Shown here: one piece after another, positions 38,663 to 48,637 of the stretch | Position numbering within the stretch: the first letter of the stretch is position 1 | Layout: each line of letters opens with the position of its first letter | Origin: an uncultured delta proteobacterium | GTDB taxonomy: Bacteria > Desulfobacterota > Desulfomonilia > UBA1062 | Direction: 5' to 3' | Length of the DNA stretch: 64,000 nt | NCBI GenBank assembly: GCA_963752595.1 | Contig: CAVVYZ010000019.1 | Coordinates: forward strand, 61,102-125,101 | Notes under the pieces: generated by a model | What the model was told of the DNA's origin: nothing | The model's input: only the letters and a program-made list of their open reading frames with translations | Databases searched by the model: none | Program-made: the position numbers and the translations under genes

Positions 38663-39379
38663 ATGGATCTCATCGCACTCAAAAGTATCCATAAGGTCTA
38701 CCACTTAGGCGAGATCGACGTTCCCGTTCTGAAGGGGATTTCCATGGTCATATCCCAAGGCGAGATGGTCTCGCTCATGGGCGCATCCGGCTCGGGAAAG
38801 AGCACGCTGATGAACATCCTCGGCTGCCTCGACCATCCCAGCTCGGGGCAGTATCTCCTCGAGGGCATCGATGTAACGACGCTTTCCGCCGACGAACATG
38901 CGGAGATCCGCAACTCGAAGATCGGCTTCATTTTTCAGAATTTCAATCTCCTGCCCCGCACGAGCGCTCTGGAGAACGTGATGATGCCGCTGGAATACCA
39001 TCACGGCGGCCTGCCCGCGCGCGAGTGCAGGCAGAGGGCCGAGGCGCTGCTCGAACGGGTGGGCTTGAAAGACCGGATGCACCACCACTCTTCGCAGCTC
39101 TCGGGCGGACAGCAGCAGCGCGTCGCAATCGCGCGCGCACTCGTCAACAGGCCGTCGATCCTGTTTGCCGACGAGCCTACCGGCAACCTCGATTCACACA
39201 CCAGCCGCGAGACACTGGAGATGTTTCAGGAGCTCAACACGAATGACGGCATCACCATCATGGTTGTGACGCACGATGCGGAAGTTGCCCACTATGCGCG
39301 GCGCATCATCCATGTGCGTGACGGACTTATCGTGGATGGGGCATATCATGCCGAGGACGGCCCGGGAGAGCACTCATGA
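38663..39379 (+). CDS. ABC transporter ATP-binding protein (MacB/LolD type)
   Basis: [33 protein letters not shown] and VTHD. ATG 38663 has an AGGAG RBS. Confidence 0.94.
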   Translation: MDLIALKSIHKVYHLGEIDVPVLKGISMVISQGEMVSLMGASGSGKSTLMNILGCLDHPSSGQYLLEGIDVTTLSADEHAEIRNSKIGFIFQNFNLLPRTSALENVMMPLEYHHGGLPARECRQRAEALLERVGLKDRMHHHSSQLSGGQQQRVAIARALVNRPSILFADEPTGNLDSHTSRETLEMFQELNTNDGITIMVVTHDAEVAHYARRIIHVRDGLIVDGAYHAEDGPGEHS

Positions 39380-40755
39380 AGGTCCTTCGTTCCTCACGCA
39401 CCGCATTGCGAGCTTTGAGCCGCAACAAGACCAGGGCAGTGCTCACTACCCTGGGGATCGTCATCGGCATTGCCGCAGTGATCGCCATGATGGAGATCGG
39501 CCAGGGCGCATCGCTGGCAATCCAGAAAACCATATCCAGCATGGGTTCCAACAATCTGCTGATCTTCCCCGGATCGACCACTTTCGGCGGCGCCCACTCC
39601 GGCTCAGGCTCGGGTGTGACTTTGACCGCCGAAGACTGCGAGGCAATCCTGGCCGAGTGTCCGGATGTCCTGGAGGCCGCACCGACCGTACGGACCAATG
39701 CTCAGGTTGTTTTTGCCGGACGGAACTGGGTGCCCAACTCCATATATGGGTCTTCGAAAGCATACCTCAATGTGCGGGACTGGCAGGAGCTCTCCGAGGG
39801 GGATGCATTCACCGACCGTGACATCCGCAATGCGAGCAAGGTGTGCCTGATAGGCCAGACCATCAAGCGTGAGCTGTTTCAGAACGAATCCCCGGTAGGC
39901 CATGAGATCCGCATCAACAATATCTCGTTTCGGGTCGTCGGCGTCCTCTCAGCCAAAGGAGCCAACCTCATGGGAATGGACCAGGATGACGTCATCCTCG
40001 CGCCCTGGACCACCATCAAGTACCGCGTTTCAAACCGGAGATCATCAACCACCACGGCATCAGCCTCTTCGACGAGTTCGGGCAGCTCCGAGCAGGTCAA
40101 TACCCTGAACAACCTCTACCCCTCGCAGCAGGTTTCCCTCTATCCCAAAACATCCGCTGCCCAGCAGGCCAATACTCCCATGCCCGTCCGGTTCGCCAAT
40201 ATCGATCAGATCATCGTATCCGCTTCTTCTGCAGCTTCCATTCCCCGGGCCATGGACCAGATAACCAAACTCCTGCGCGAACGCCATCATCTCCGCCCCG
40301 ATGAGGAAGACGATTTCACCGTCCGCGACATGACCGAGCTGACCAAGACCCTGACCTCCACCTCCACGCTCATGACCCGCCTGCTGCTCATCGTGGCGCT
40401 CATCTCGCTCATCGTTGGGGGCGTGGGCATCATGAACATCATGCTCGTCTCGGTCACGGAGCGCACCCGCGAGATCGGACTGAGGATGGCCGTCGGTGCA
40501 AAAGGCCGGGACATCCTGGCCCAGTTCCTGCTGGAAGCGGTAATCCTCTGCCTGGCAGGCGGCGTAATGGGCATCCTGCTCGGCCGGGGCATCTCCACAC
40601 TCATCTCATCCATCCTTCGCTGGCCGACCGAGATCTCCGTGCCGGCCATTGTCCTGTCCGTGGTAGTGGCAGGCACCGTGGGCATCGTTTTCGGGTTCTA
40701 CCCTGCCTGGAGGGCCTCCCGGCTGGATCCCATCGAAGCGCTCCGCTATGAATGA
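39376..40755 (+). CDS. ABC transporter permease (MacB/FtsX type)
   Basis: LTTLGIVIGIAAV, VGGVGIMNIMLVSVTERTREIGLRMAVGA and LDPIEALRYE; Ser/Thr-rich periplasmic insert. Confidence 0.94.
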   Translation: MKVLRSSRTALRALSRNKTRAVLTTLGIVIGIAAVIAMMEIGQGASLAIQKTISSMGSNNLLIFPGSTTFGGAHSGSGSGVTLTAEDCEAILAECPDVLEAAPTVRTNAQVVFAGRNWVPNSIYGSSKAYLNVRDWQELSEGDAFTDRDIRNASKVCLIGQTIKRELFQNESPVGHEIRINNISFRVVGVLSAKGANLMGMDQDDVILAPWTTIKYRVSNRRSSTTTASASSTSSGSSEQVNTLNNLYPSQQVSLYPKTSAAQQANTPMPVRFANIDQIIVSASSAASIPRAMDQITKLLRERHHLRPDEEDDFTVRDMTELTKTLTSTSTLMTRLLLIVALISLIVGGVGIMNIMLVSVTERTREIGLRMAVGAKGRDILAQFLLEAVILCLAGGVMGILLGRGISTLISSILRWPTEISVPAIVLSVVVAGTVGIVFGFYPAWRASRLDPIEALRYE

Positions 40756-40774
40756 CCATAAGGATTTGACGACT

Positions 40775-42253
40775 ATGAAAAAACTCCATACTTCGAACAT
40801 CCGCTCACTGAAAATATATCTCACCGCCGTCTCCGCCATCCTGCTGCTCGCGGGCTGTGCCATAGGCCCCGACTTCAAACGGCCGTCCCCGGATGTCCCG
40901 CAGCAGTGGATTGGAACTCAGGCAGGACCCGGGCAGGAGAGCACGGCCGCATCAGCGGCGCTGGCCTCCTGGTGGCTCACGTTCAACGACTCCGGCTTAA
41001 GCTCTCTCATCGAGCGGGGCATCAGGTCCAACCTTGACCTCAAGATCGCCGGCCAGCGCATCAGGCAGTCCCGGGCAGCCTTGAGCGGCGCCTCTTCCGG
41101 CGTTTGGCCCAGCCTGGATGCGAATGCCCGATACCAGCGCAGTGGTACACATTCCCCGAGCGATCCAGAAGACCGGTCAGGCACAGGTGCAGGAACAGGA
41201 TCCGGTTCAGGGAACTTCTATCGCTTAGGCCTCGACTCCAGCTGGGAACTGGATCTTTTCGGCGGGGTCAGGCGCAGCGTCGAGGCGGCCCAGGCAGAGG
41301 CAGATGCTTCCGTTGAGAACAGGCGTGATGTCCTCGTGAGCCTGGTAGCTGAAATCGGCATCGATTACATCGATCTCCGGGGCCTCCAGGAGCAGCTGAT
41401 GATCACCCGTGAAAACCTGAAAATTCAGGAACGCTCCGCACAGATTACCAGGAAACGCTTCGATGCCGGCTTTGCGGGCGCCCTGGATGTAGCCAATGCA
41501 GAGGCACAGGTCGCAACCACGAGGGCACAGATTCCCTCGCAGGAGGCCACGATACGGCAGACCGTCTACCGGCTCGGCCTGCTGCTTGGCGAAAACCCTG
41601 CTGCGCTGGTCGATGAGCTGAGCCCCGAGAAGCCCCTCCCGTCCATCCCCGGCAGGATTCCCCCGGACCTGCCGTCCAAGCTGCTCGAAAGGCGCCCCGA
41701 TATCCGCATGGCCGAAGCACGGTTCCACGCGGCCACCGCGAGGATCGGCGTCGCCAAGGCAGATCTCTTTCCCAGGTTCTTTCTGACAGGCACGGCAAGC
41801 CTCCAGGCGAACGAGCTGGAGTCATGGAGCAGGTCGATCACCCGCCTCTGGTCCATAGGCCCTTCGGTCAGCTGGAACATATTAAACGGCAGTCTCACGC
41901 GGTCCAGGATCGAGGAGAACAGGGCTCTGGCCGAGCAGTCCCTTCTTGAATACCGGAAAACCATCCTTGCAGCGCTGCAGGAAGTGGAAAGCGCCCTCGT
42001 TGCATTTGATAAAGAGGCAGAGCGGCAGGTATCGCTGCAGGCCGCCGTGGATAGCAGCCGTCACGCCGTGGACCTCGCGGAGCGCCTGTATGTAGGGGGT
42101 CAGAACGACTTCCTTTCCGTGCTCGTCTCGCAGAGGTCGCTCTACGCATCACAGGCAGAACTGGCCCGGAGCCGTGACAGCAATGCCGCCAATCTGATCG
42201 CCCTGTACAAGGCGCTGGGCGGAGGCTGGGAATCTGTGCAGACAACGGAATGA
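40775..42253 (+). CDS. Outer-membrane efflux lipoprotein (NodT/TolC family)
   Basis: LAGC lipobox, SWELDLFG, LLERRPDI and LYKALGGGW. Confidence 0.93.
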   Translation: MKKLHTSNIRSLKIYLTAVSAILLLAGCAIGPDFKRPSPDVPQQWIGTQAGPGQESTAASAALASWWLTFNDSGLSSLIERGIRSNLDLKIAGQRIRQSRAALSGASSGVWPSLDANARYQRSGTHSPSDPEDRSGTGAGTGSGSGNFYRLGLDSSWELDLFGGVRRSVEAAQAEADASVENRRDVLVSLVAEIGIDYIDLRGLQEQLMITRENLKIQERSAQITRKRFDAGFAGALDVANAEAQVATTRAQIPSQEATIRQTVYRLGLLLGENPAALVDELSPEKPLPSIPGRIPPDLPSKLLERRPDIRMAEARFHAATARIGVAKADLFPRFFLTGTASLQANELESWSRSITRLWSIGPSVSWNILNGSLTRSRIEENRALAEQSLLEYRKTILAALQEVESALVAFDKEAERQVSLQAAVDSSRHAVDLAERLYVGGQNDFLSVLVSQRSLYASQAELARSRDSNAANLIALYKALGGGWESVQTTE

Positions 42254-42288
42254 GACACCCGGCAACTGCAGACATCCATAGATAATGG

Positions 42289-43479
42289 CTACTCCCTGCT
42301 GCAATCGACCAGGGGTTTTGATTTTGCACCTTCGTGATATACTGTATAATTGAACGTTGCCGTTGCTGTCTGACCGATTAATGGCCTCATGAGCAGTACC
42401 ACCCTGCATTTCTGATCAGACTTGATCCTCAGGGTGCCGGGCCTGCCGGGGCGTATGATCTTTTCAGCCAAAGGCTTGAATCCCGGGAACAGGGTGCTGT
42501 TCACATATGCACGTGCTACTTTTTCGGCATCTCTTTCACAGACGAGCGAGACTCTTACACCGCCTTCGACTGCTTTGAAGCGGGCGGTGATTGGCTTGTC
42601 CGTGTCGAAAGGCCCGGCTGCCAGCATGCTGCCGGTATGGAGCACGCCCCTGCCGTTCGCCGGATACGGCTTTCCGGGAGTGGCGTTTTCGGGGAGCTCT
42701 CCTGCCGGGAACGTCCCGAGCTTGAAGTAGTGCTTGCCGCTGCAGAGATCGACGATCAGCGTCAGACCGCTGGATAGTTTCGACTGGAACAAACGGCCGC
42801 CCTGCTTCCTGATGGTCTTTTCAGCCCTCTCCTCAGGGGATTTGCCCGTGATCGACCCGGCAATCCCGACAATGGACGACCAGATGCTGTCGGGATCGAC
42901 GTCGATACCTCCCCTGACTCTGAGATTCACGTCCACCGGCTGAGTCGGGACGAACCACAGGGTAAGGATATGCTCTGCCTGGTCATATGCCGTATCAAAG
43001 GTACCGACCATTGAGATATCCACGGCAAACTTGGCGTTATCTTCTACCTTGAACGTGGCCCCGAGTTGCTCTTTGCCCCGGGAAATCCACTGCCAGCCTA
43101 TTCCTGACAGGTCAATGCGTAAGTGCTTCGGATCGATCTCTCGGGCATTGCAGGTATCGATCCTGATCACTCCGGTATTCGCCTTTTTGCTCCCTTCCGG
43201 TGAAGATCCTCCCGAAGACAGCAGGTGATACCGGCCCTTGAGGCGTTCACAGACATTGTACGCCGCAAGATCGATCATCAGCGCCTTCAGGCTCTCCATC
43301 TCCCTGCTCACGGTTTTGCCTTCAGGTACTTGCGGTTCCTGATTCTTTTGAATACCCTCGGTTGGCTGAAACTCGGCATTCTGATCGGCGGCCCTGTTCT
43401 GGAATGTGCTGCATGCCCACACCGAGGCCGATATAGCAGCAGCGAGTGCGATCATCCTTAAAGATCCGGCAAACATCAA
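42289..43479 (-). CDS. Uncharacterised probable lipoprotein with several cysteines
   Basis: 396-aa ORF with AGGAGG RBS and a signal peptide ending VWAC; no recognised domain. Confidence 0.75.
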   Translation of the reverse strand: MMFAGSLRMIALAAAISASVWACSTFQNRAADQNAEFQPTEGIQKNQEPQVPEGKTVSREMESLKALMIDLAAYNVCERLKGRYHLLSSGGSSPEGSKKANTGVIRIDTCNAREIDPKHLRIDLSGIGWQWISRGKEQLGATFKVEDNAKFAVDISMVGTFDTAYDQAEHILTLWFVPTQPVDVNLRVRGGIDVDPDSIWSSIVGIAGSITGKSPEERAEKTIRKQGGRLFQSKLSSGLTLIVDLCSGKHYFKLGTFPAGELPENATPGKPYPANGRGVLHTGSMLAAGPFDTDKPITARFKAVEGGVRVSLVCERDAEKVARAYVNSTLFPGFKPLAEKIIRPGRPGTLRIKSDQKCRVVLLMRPLIGQTATATFNYTVYHEGAKSKPLVDCSRE

Positions 43480-43582
43480 TAGCTGCCTCCTTTACATACA
43501 ATATACAATCCCCTATCCTTATTAAAAGATTCTCACCTGCGGCACTCACCACAATACACGAGCAAAAGAGGGATTTTTTTCC

Positions 43583-46261
43583 ATGGAAAAGACAACCCGG
43601 AATTCACTGCTCTGGCATACAATGCCTGTTGATGCAATATATCCCCAGCTTAAATCCGCACCATCCGGATTGACCAATGAAGAGGCAACCAGGCGCCTGG
43701 AGGAGCACGGACCGAATGAACTGGAAACATTGGATAGAATCTCTCCCTGGATGATACTGCTCGAACAGTTCAAGAATGTGCTGATCATCATCCTCCTTAT
43801 TGCCGTCATCATCTCTGCTTTCCTGGGTCATGCGATCGAAGCCGCAGCCATTGCCGTTATCGTGCTGTTTGCCGTACTGCTGGGCTTCGTTCAGGAATAC
43901 CGCGCCGAACGCGCCATCAAGTCTTTGCGCCGCATGGCCGCTCCTACCGCGAGTGTCCTGCGCGAGAAACAGGAGATCGAAGTCCCGGCGCGAGAGCTTG
44001 TGCCCGGAGATATCGTGTTGCTGCGGGCAGGGGATAGAATTCCTGCCGATGCCAGATTAATTGAGGCAATCAACCTGCAGATAGAAGAGGCAGCCCTGAC
44101 GGGCGAGTCTGTTCCGTCGGAAAAACAGACAGCCCCCTTCGATGATCCCGATCTGGCGCTGGGCGATCGGAAGAACATGACCTATGCCGGCACGGCAGCG
44201 AGCTATGGCAGAGGTCGGGCGATTGTCACGGCGACAGGTATGGCCACGGAATTCGGCAAGATAGCCAAGATGCTGCAAACGGTCAAGACAGAAAAGACTC
44301 CCTTGCAGGAAAACCTGGATAAGGTCGGAAGCGTGCTGGCCCAGGCAGCCTTTGTCATCGTAGGAATGATCGTGATTCTTGGCCTGCTTCGAGGACAGCC
44401 GTTTATCGATATGCTCATCTTCGGCATAGCACTCGCCGTTGCCGTTGTCCCGGAGGCATTGCCTGCAGTGGTCACCATTTCTCTTGCGATCGGCGTTCAG
44501 AGAATGGTGAAGCGGCATGCGCTCATGCGCCGCCTTCCGGCAGTAGAGACACTCGGCAGCACAACCATCATCTGCACGGATAAGACCGGCACGCTGACAA
44601 AAGACGAGATGACGGTCAGGAAGATCTTCACGGCTGGAGAGATGATCGATATTTCAGGCACAGGCTATGAGCCCAAGGGACAGTTCCTGCTTGGCGGCCT
44701 TCCCGTCGAACCATCTTCCCCGATGAAACAGTTGCTGAAGGTAGCTGTCCTCGCCTCTGATGCGCATATTGTATTTAACGAGTCCGATAACCGCTGGCAG
44801 GTAAAAGGCGACCCGACAGAAGGGGCCTTGGTAGTTGCTGCTGCCAAGGCAAACTTAAGTAAAACCACCCTCGATGCAGATTTCCCCCGCATGAACGAAA
44901 TCCCGTTCACTTCCGAAACCAAGCGTATGACTACGCTGAACGCCGGACCCGAGGGAGTGATCGCATGCTCCAAAGGGGCACCGGAAATCATCCTGGATTC
45001 CTGCAGCTCTCTCTTGACGGCAACCGGAGAGACACCGCTCGATTTCGAGAAACGGCGCATGATCCTCGATGCCGGCCGCCGGATGGCAGGCGATGCGCTG
45101 AGGGTCCTAGGTGTGGCGTTCAAACCGGGCGCAGAGCTGGAGACCTCAGAGCAGGGCATGACCTTCCTCGGACTGGTGGGGATGATCGACCCGCCGCGCC
45201 CCGAGGCGAGATCCGCTATTCAGACATGCGAGCAGGCAGGCATCAAACCGGTGATGATCACAGGCGATCATCCGCTCACTGCCCAGGCAATAGCCCACGA
45301 CCTGGGCCTTCTTAAGACCGGCCGGGCAGTCACAGGGGCTGAGCTGCAAGCGATGAGCGAGGAAGAATTCGATTGCGAGGTCGATCATATCGAGGTCTAT
45401 GCCCGCGTCTCCCCGGAGCATAAGCTTCGCGTGGTAACCGCCTTGCAGAAGAAAGGCCATATTGTGGCAATGACGGGCGACGGAGTGAACGACGCTCCCG
45501 CCCTGAAAAAGGCAGATATCGGAATCGCGATGGGGATCACCGGCACAGACGTTACCAAGGAAGCCGCAGCAATGATGCTCACGGACGACAACTTTGCATC
45601 TATCGTCGCGGCAGTGGAAGAAGGCCGCGGAATCTTCGACAACATAAAGAAATACCTCATGTATCTGCTCTCGTCCAATATCGGGGAAATCGGCCTCATG
45701 GCAGGGGCCTCGCTGTTGGGGATGCCTCTCCCTTTAAGCGCTGTTCAGATCCTGTATGTTAATCTCGCAACCGACGGCTTGCCTGCCCTTGCCCTCGCGG
45801 TAGACCCACCCGAACCCGACCTCATGCACCGCCCGCCGCGCAACCCGCGTGAAGGCATTTTCACCAAACCGGTAATTACCCTTATGGTTGCGGGAGGAGC
45901 CTGGTCGACACTCATCAATCTCCTGCTCTTTGGATGGATGCTCGGCTCAGGAAGAGGCATTCAAGAGGCGATGACCATGACATTCGTTTCACTGGTCTTG
46001 ATTCAGTTCCTCAAGGCCTATAATTTCCGTTCCGAACATTATTCGGTCTTGAAACGTCCGTTCGCCAACAAATGGTTGAACCTTGCTATCCTCTGGGAAC
46101 TGGCACTGTTAGCTCTTGTCATATATATACCGGTCCTGCAGAAACCGTTCGGTACGTTCACTCTCACGACGATAGACTGGATGATCATCATCGGTTTGTC
46201 GATCAGCATTGTGCCGGTACTGGAGCTGGCAAAGTGGCTGCAGCGGCGCACTAGTGTTTGA
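43583..46261 (+). CDS. Cation-transporting P-type ATPase (P2A type), second paralog
   Basis: LTGES, VVPEALP, CTDKTGT, KGAPE, MTGDGVNDAPAL and QILYVNLATD. Confidence 0.93.
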   Translation: MEKTTRNSLLWHTMPVDAIYPQLKSAPSGLTNEEATRRLEEHGPNELETLDRISPWMILLEQFKNVLIIILLIAVIISAFLGHAIEAAAIAVIVLFAVLLGFVQEYRAERAIKSLRRMAAPTASVLREKQEIEVPARELVPGDIVLLRAGDRIPADARLIEAINLQIEEAALTGESVPSEKQTAPFDDPDLALGDRKNMTYAGTAASYGRGRAIVTATGMATEFGKIAKMLQTVKTEKTPLQENLDKVGSVLAQAAFVIVGMIVILGLLRGQPFIDMLIFGIALAVAVVPEALPAVVTISLAIGVQRMVKRHALMRRLPAVETLGSTTIICTDKTGTLTKDEMTVRKIFTAGEMIDISGTGYEPKGQFLLGGLPVEPSSPMKQLLKVAVLASDAHIVFNESDNRWQVKGDPTEGALVVAAAKANLSKTTLDADFPRMNEIPFTSETKRMTTLNAGPEGVIACSKGAPEIILDSCSSLLTATGETPLDFEKRRMILDAGRRMAGDALRVLGVAFKPGAELETSEQGMTFLGLVGMIDPPRPEARSAIQTCEQAGIKPVMITGDHPLTAQAIAHDLGLLKTGRAVTGAELQAMSEEEFDCEVDHIEVYARVSPEHKLRVVTALQKKGHIVAMTGDGVNDAPALKKADIGIAMGITGTDVTKEAAAMMLTDDNFASIVAAVEEGRGIFDNIKKYLMYLLSSNIGEIGLMAGASLLGMPLPLSAVQILYVNLATDGLPALALAVDPPEPDLMHRPPRNPREGIFTKPVITLMVAGGAWSTLINLLLFGWMLGSGRGIQEAMTMTFVSLVLIQFLKAYNFRSEHYSVLKRPFANKWLNLAILWELALLALVIYIPVLQKPFGTFTLTTIDWMIIIGLSISIVPVLELAKWLQRRTSV

Positions 46262-46617
46262 AGGCCATCTCCTCTTGAGCCCTATCAGGCCTTCCCACCT
46301 CCCGCCTGGAAAGGCGCCTTTGCGTAACACAGTCCGGGACAGGCTCGGCAGAATCGGCGGCAGCGGCTGCTTTTTCAGGGCATCATCGCAGTTCTCTCAG
46401 CAACTCCTTCATTTTATGGTCTTAGCACCCCATTTCTGGTGCATCCACCATTCTTTTATCAAAATATGCGCCGCCGACTTATTTATCTCATAGGCACTTC
46501 TCATTAATGTTTGAATAATATCTTCTTATTATATCTTTATCAAAACATACTGCTCGTTGGCACAGTACTGGCTTATGCAACTATGGATCTATATGTAATC
46601 ATCTTCGGGAGGAATTT

Positions 46618-46845
46618 ATGGAAGCTGCAAAGAACATCATACAATGCTCGTGCGGGGCGATTTCGGATGTCGTATGCGAAGGATGCGGCAAGACGGTATG
46701 CAGCGGGTGTTTTACCAGACAGACCTGCACGTTCGATGCAAATAATATCGTCATTAAACATTACTGCCCGCAGTGTGCCCATGATATCAGGAAAAACGTG
46801 TGGAGAGAACTCTACTGGAAAAACCTCGCCGCACTGTCCGTCTAA
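46618..46845 (+). CDS. Small Cys-rich zinc-finger-like protein (B-box-like spacing)
   Basis: GGAGG RBS; CSC-x7-CEGC-x4-CSGC...HYCPQC; 75 aa. Confidence 0.7.
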   Translation: MEAAKNIIQCSCGAISDVVCEGCGKTVCSGCFTRQTCTFDANNIVIKHYCPQCAHDIRKNVWRELYWKNLAALSV

Positions 46846-46894
46846 GCTAAATTTTCAGGCGAGATCCAAGCCATTATTGCCGGGCTGACCTGCA

Positions 46895-48346
46895 GTGGTG
46901 ACTGTTTTTGATCATCCAACCGGATACCGCCTCCTTTCAAGGATCGATCGGGAAAAGCTTCAAAAAGATTTATCATCTCCCCTTTCTCCTGCCGATACAG
47001 TCAGTGCTATGGAAAATGTATTCAGATTAGAAGATATAACCTTCCCGCTCCTGATGAAAGACACTATCGAGAGCCTTTTCACCGGGATTATCTTTGTCTC
47101 ATCGGATCGGTGGAAAAAAGGGCTGATCTTTAAAGAAGGGACTCTCTGCGCCATTCAGTCCAACAAGACCGAAGAACTCCTCGGTCATATCCTTGTGCAG
47201 ATGGGCACCATAACCGAAAGTGAAAATGAAAAATCGCTTGAACAGTCCCGGCTGGAGCGCAGAAAACAGGGCGGGATCCTTCTTGAGATGGGACTCATCG
47301 AGCCCAGAGAGATCAGTGAAGCGATCAAACGGCAGTTTGTCACGAGGTTCATGGATATTTTCTCATGGGAAACCGGGAGCGTTCAGAAGGTTGTGAAGGA
47401 TCAGATCGATAAAAGCCCGGATATCACGAAAAACGAGTTCCTCCGCGTGGTTCGAAGGGGAGTGATGGAGAATACCCCCTTTTCGACCATCATTACCGCA
47501 CTCACCCCTCACGCGGATGCCATACCAAAAAAGTTAGTCGAGAGCTTTCCGCCGGATCTGGGGTTGAGCATAGACAACGTCGATCAGTTCAAGGTTTCCG
47601 AGCTTCTCCTCCTGGGCCAGGACCCGCCGAAAGCACTTCTTGCGGTGTACTGCACCGGCCTTGCAACCTTTGAGGAGAGCAAGCACAAGGCCCTCATAGA
47701 AAGTTTAAGGAAGACGCTGCGCACGATCAAAGATCAGGACCCGCTCCAGATCCTGGGCGTAGACCAGGGTATGTCCGAAGGAGGCCTGAAACGGGCATAT
47801 ATCAAGCTGGTCAAAGCAAATCACCCCGATACCTATTCCTATGCGGATGATCCTGAGGTGAAACGGATCGCAAACGAAGTATTCACCGAGATACAGAAAT
47901 CCTATACAGCGGTTATGAGGGCTCGGGAAGGCAGACCCTCCGAGGAACCGGCGGGGATAGATGAAACCCTCCAGGCAGAGATCTTCTACAGCAACGGCAT
48001 GGAAGCGCTGAAGGCGAAAGACTACACCAAGGCCCTTGATAACTTCCGCATCTGCGTCAAGATGAAGCCCGACGAGCGGATCTTCTTCGAATGGTATGTA
48101 AAGACCATGTTCCTGAGATGGCAGAATACCGGGAAAGGAAACGGTTTCGAGATCAAGTCGGCCATCAGGGAAGGAACGGGTAAGTTTCCGAGCTCGGACA
48201 CCCTGTATCTTGTCCTGGGCTGGGTTCTGAAAAAAGAAGGATCCAACAGGGCTCCGGAGGCATTCAGAAAAGCGCTCCAGCTCAATAGGAATAATCAGGA
48301 TGCCCAGCGCGAGATGAGGCTGTATACTTTGAGGACAACGAAGTAG
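46895..48346 (+). CDS. DUF4388-like N-terminus + DnaJ (J) domain + TPR protein
   Basis: LEDITFP...TG...LIFKEG and LGHILV segments; J domain ILGV...LKRAYIKLVKANHPD; C-terminal TPR-like helices. Start may be ATG 47009. Confidence 0.8.
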   Translation: MVTVFDHPTGYRLLSRIDREKLQKDLSSPLSPADTVSAMENVFRLEDITFPLLMKDTIESLFTGIIFVSSDRWKKGLIFKEGTLCAIQSNKTEELLGHILVQMGTITESENEKSLEQSRLERRKQGGILLEMGLIEPREISEAIKRQFVTRFMDIFSWETGSVQKVVKDQIDKSPDITKNEFLRVVRRGVMENTPFSTIITALTPHADAIPKKLVESFPPDLGLSIDNVDQFKVSELLLLGQDPPKALLAVYCTGLATFEESKHKALIESLRKTLRTIKDQDPLQILGVDQGMSEGGLKRAYIKLVKANHPDTYSYADDPEVKRIANEVFTEIQKSYTAVMRAREGRPSEEPAGIDETLQAEIFYSNGMEALKAKDYTKALDNFRICVKMKPDERIFFEWYVKTMFLRWQNTGKGNGFEIKSAIREGTGKFPSSDTLYLVLGWVLKKEGSNRAPEAFRKALQLNRNNQDAQREMRLYTLRTTK

Positions 48347-48361
48347 GGGTAAGGCGGCATT

Positions 48362-48637
48362 TTAGGATTCCTTCTTCTCCAGAAGCGTTCTCACCCGGGG
48401 CGGGAGGTAAATGTAATCCGGATTTACCCGTGATATGGCGTCGAGAATGAGCCGGTTCCGCTCAGGCAATGGTGCGTGGGCATCATAAACCACCATGATC
48501 CGTTCTTTGTACCGGCAGATACCGCCTCTACGGTTGATCTTATCTTCAATGATCTCGATCCCTGCATTCCGCGCCGTTTCATAGAGGAGTGCAAAGAGCT
48601 CTTTATGATTTACTGAGGCTTTTCGTAGCGATGTCAT
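48362..48637 (-). CDS. Hypothetical protein
   Basis: 91-aa ORF overlapping the upstream stop by 4 bp; GGICR and YLPPRVRTLL segments. Confidence 0.7.
   Translation of the reverse strand: MTSLRKASVNHKELFALLYETARNAGIEIIEDKINRRGGICRYKERIMVVYDAHAPLPERNRLILDAISRVNPDYIYLPPRVRTLLEKKES

Noticed and set aside
40030-40200. Ser/Thr-rich insert in the MacB-type permease as an intein or mobile insert
   Set aside because: It is short, in-frame and low-complexity, with no intein terminal motifs; most likely a periplasmic loop.
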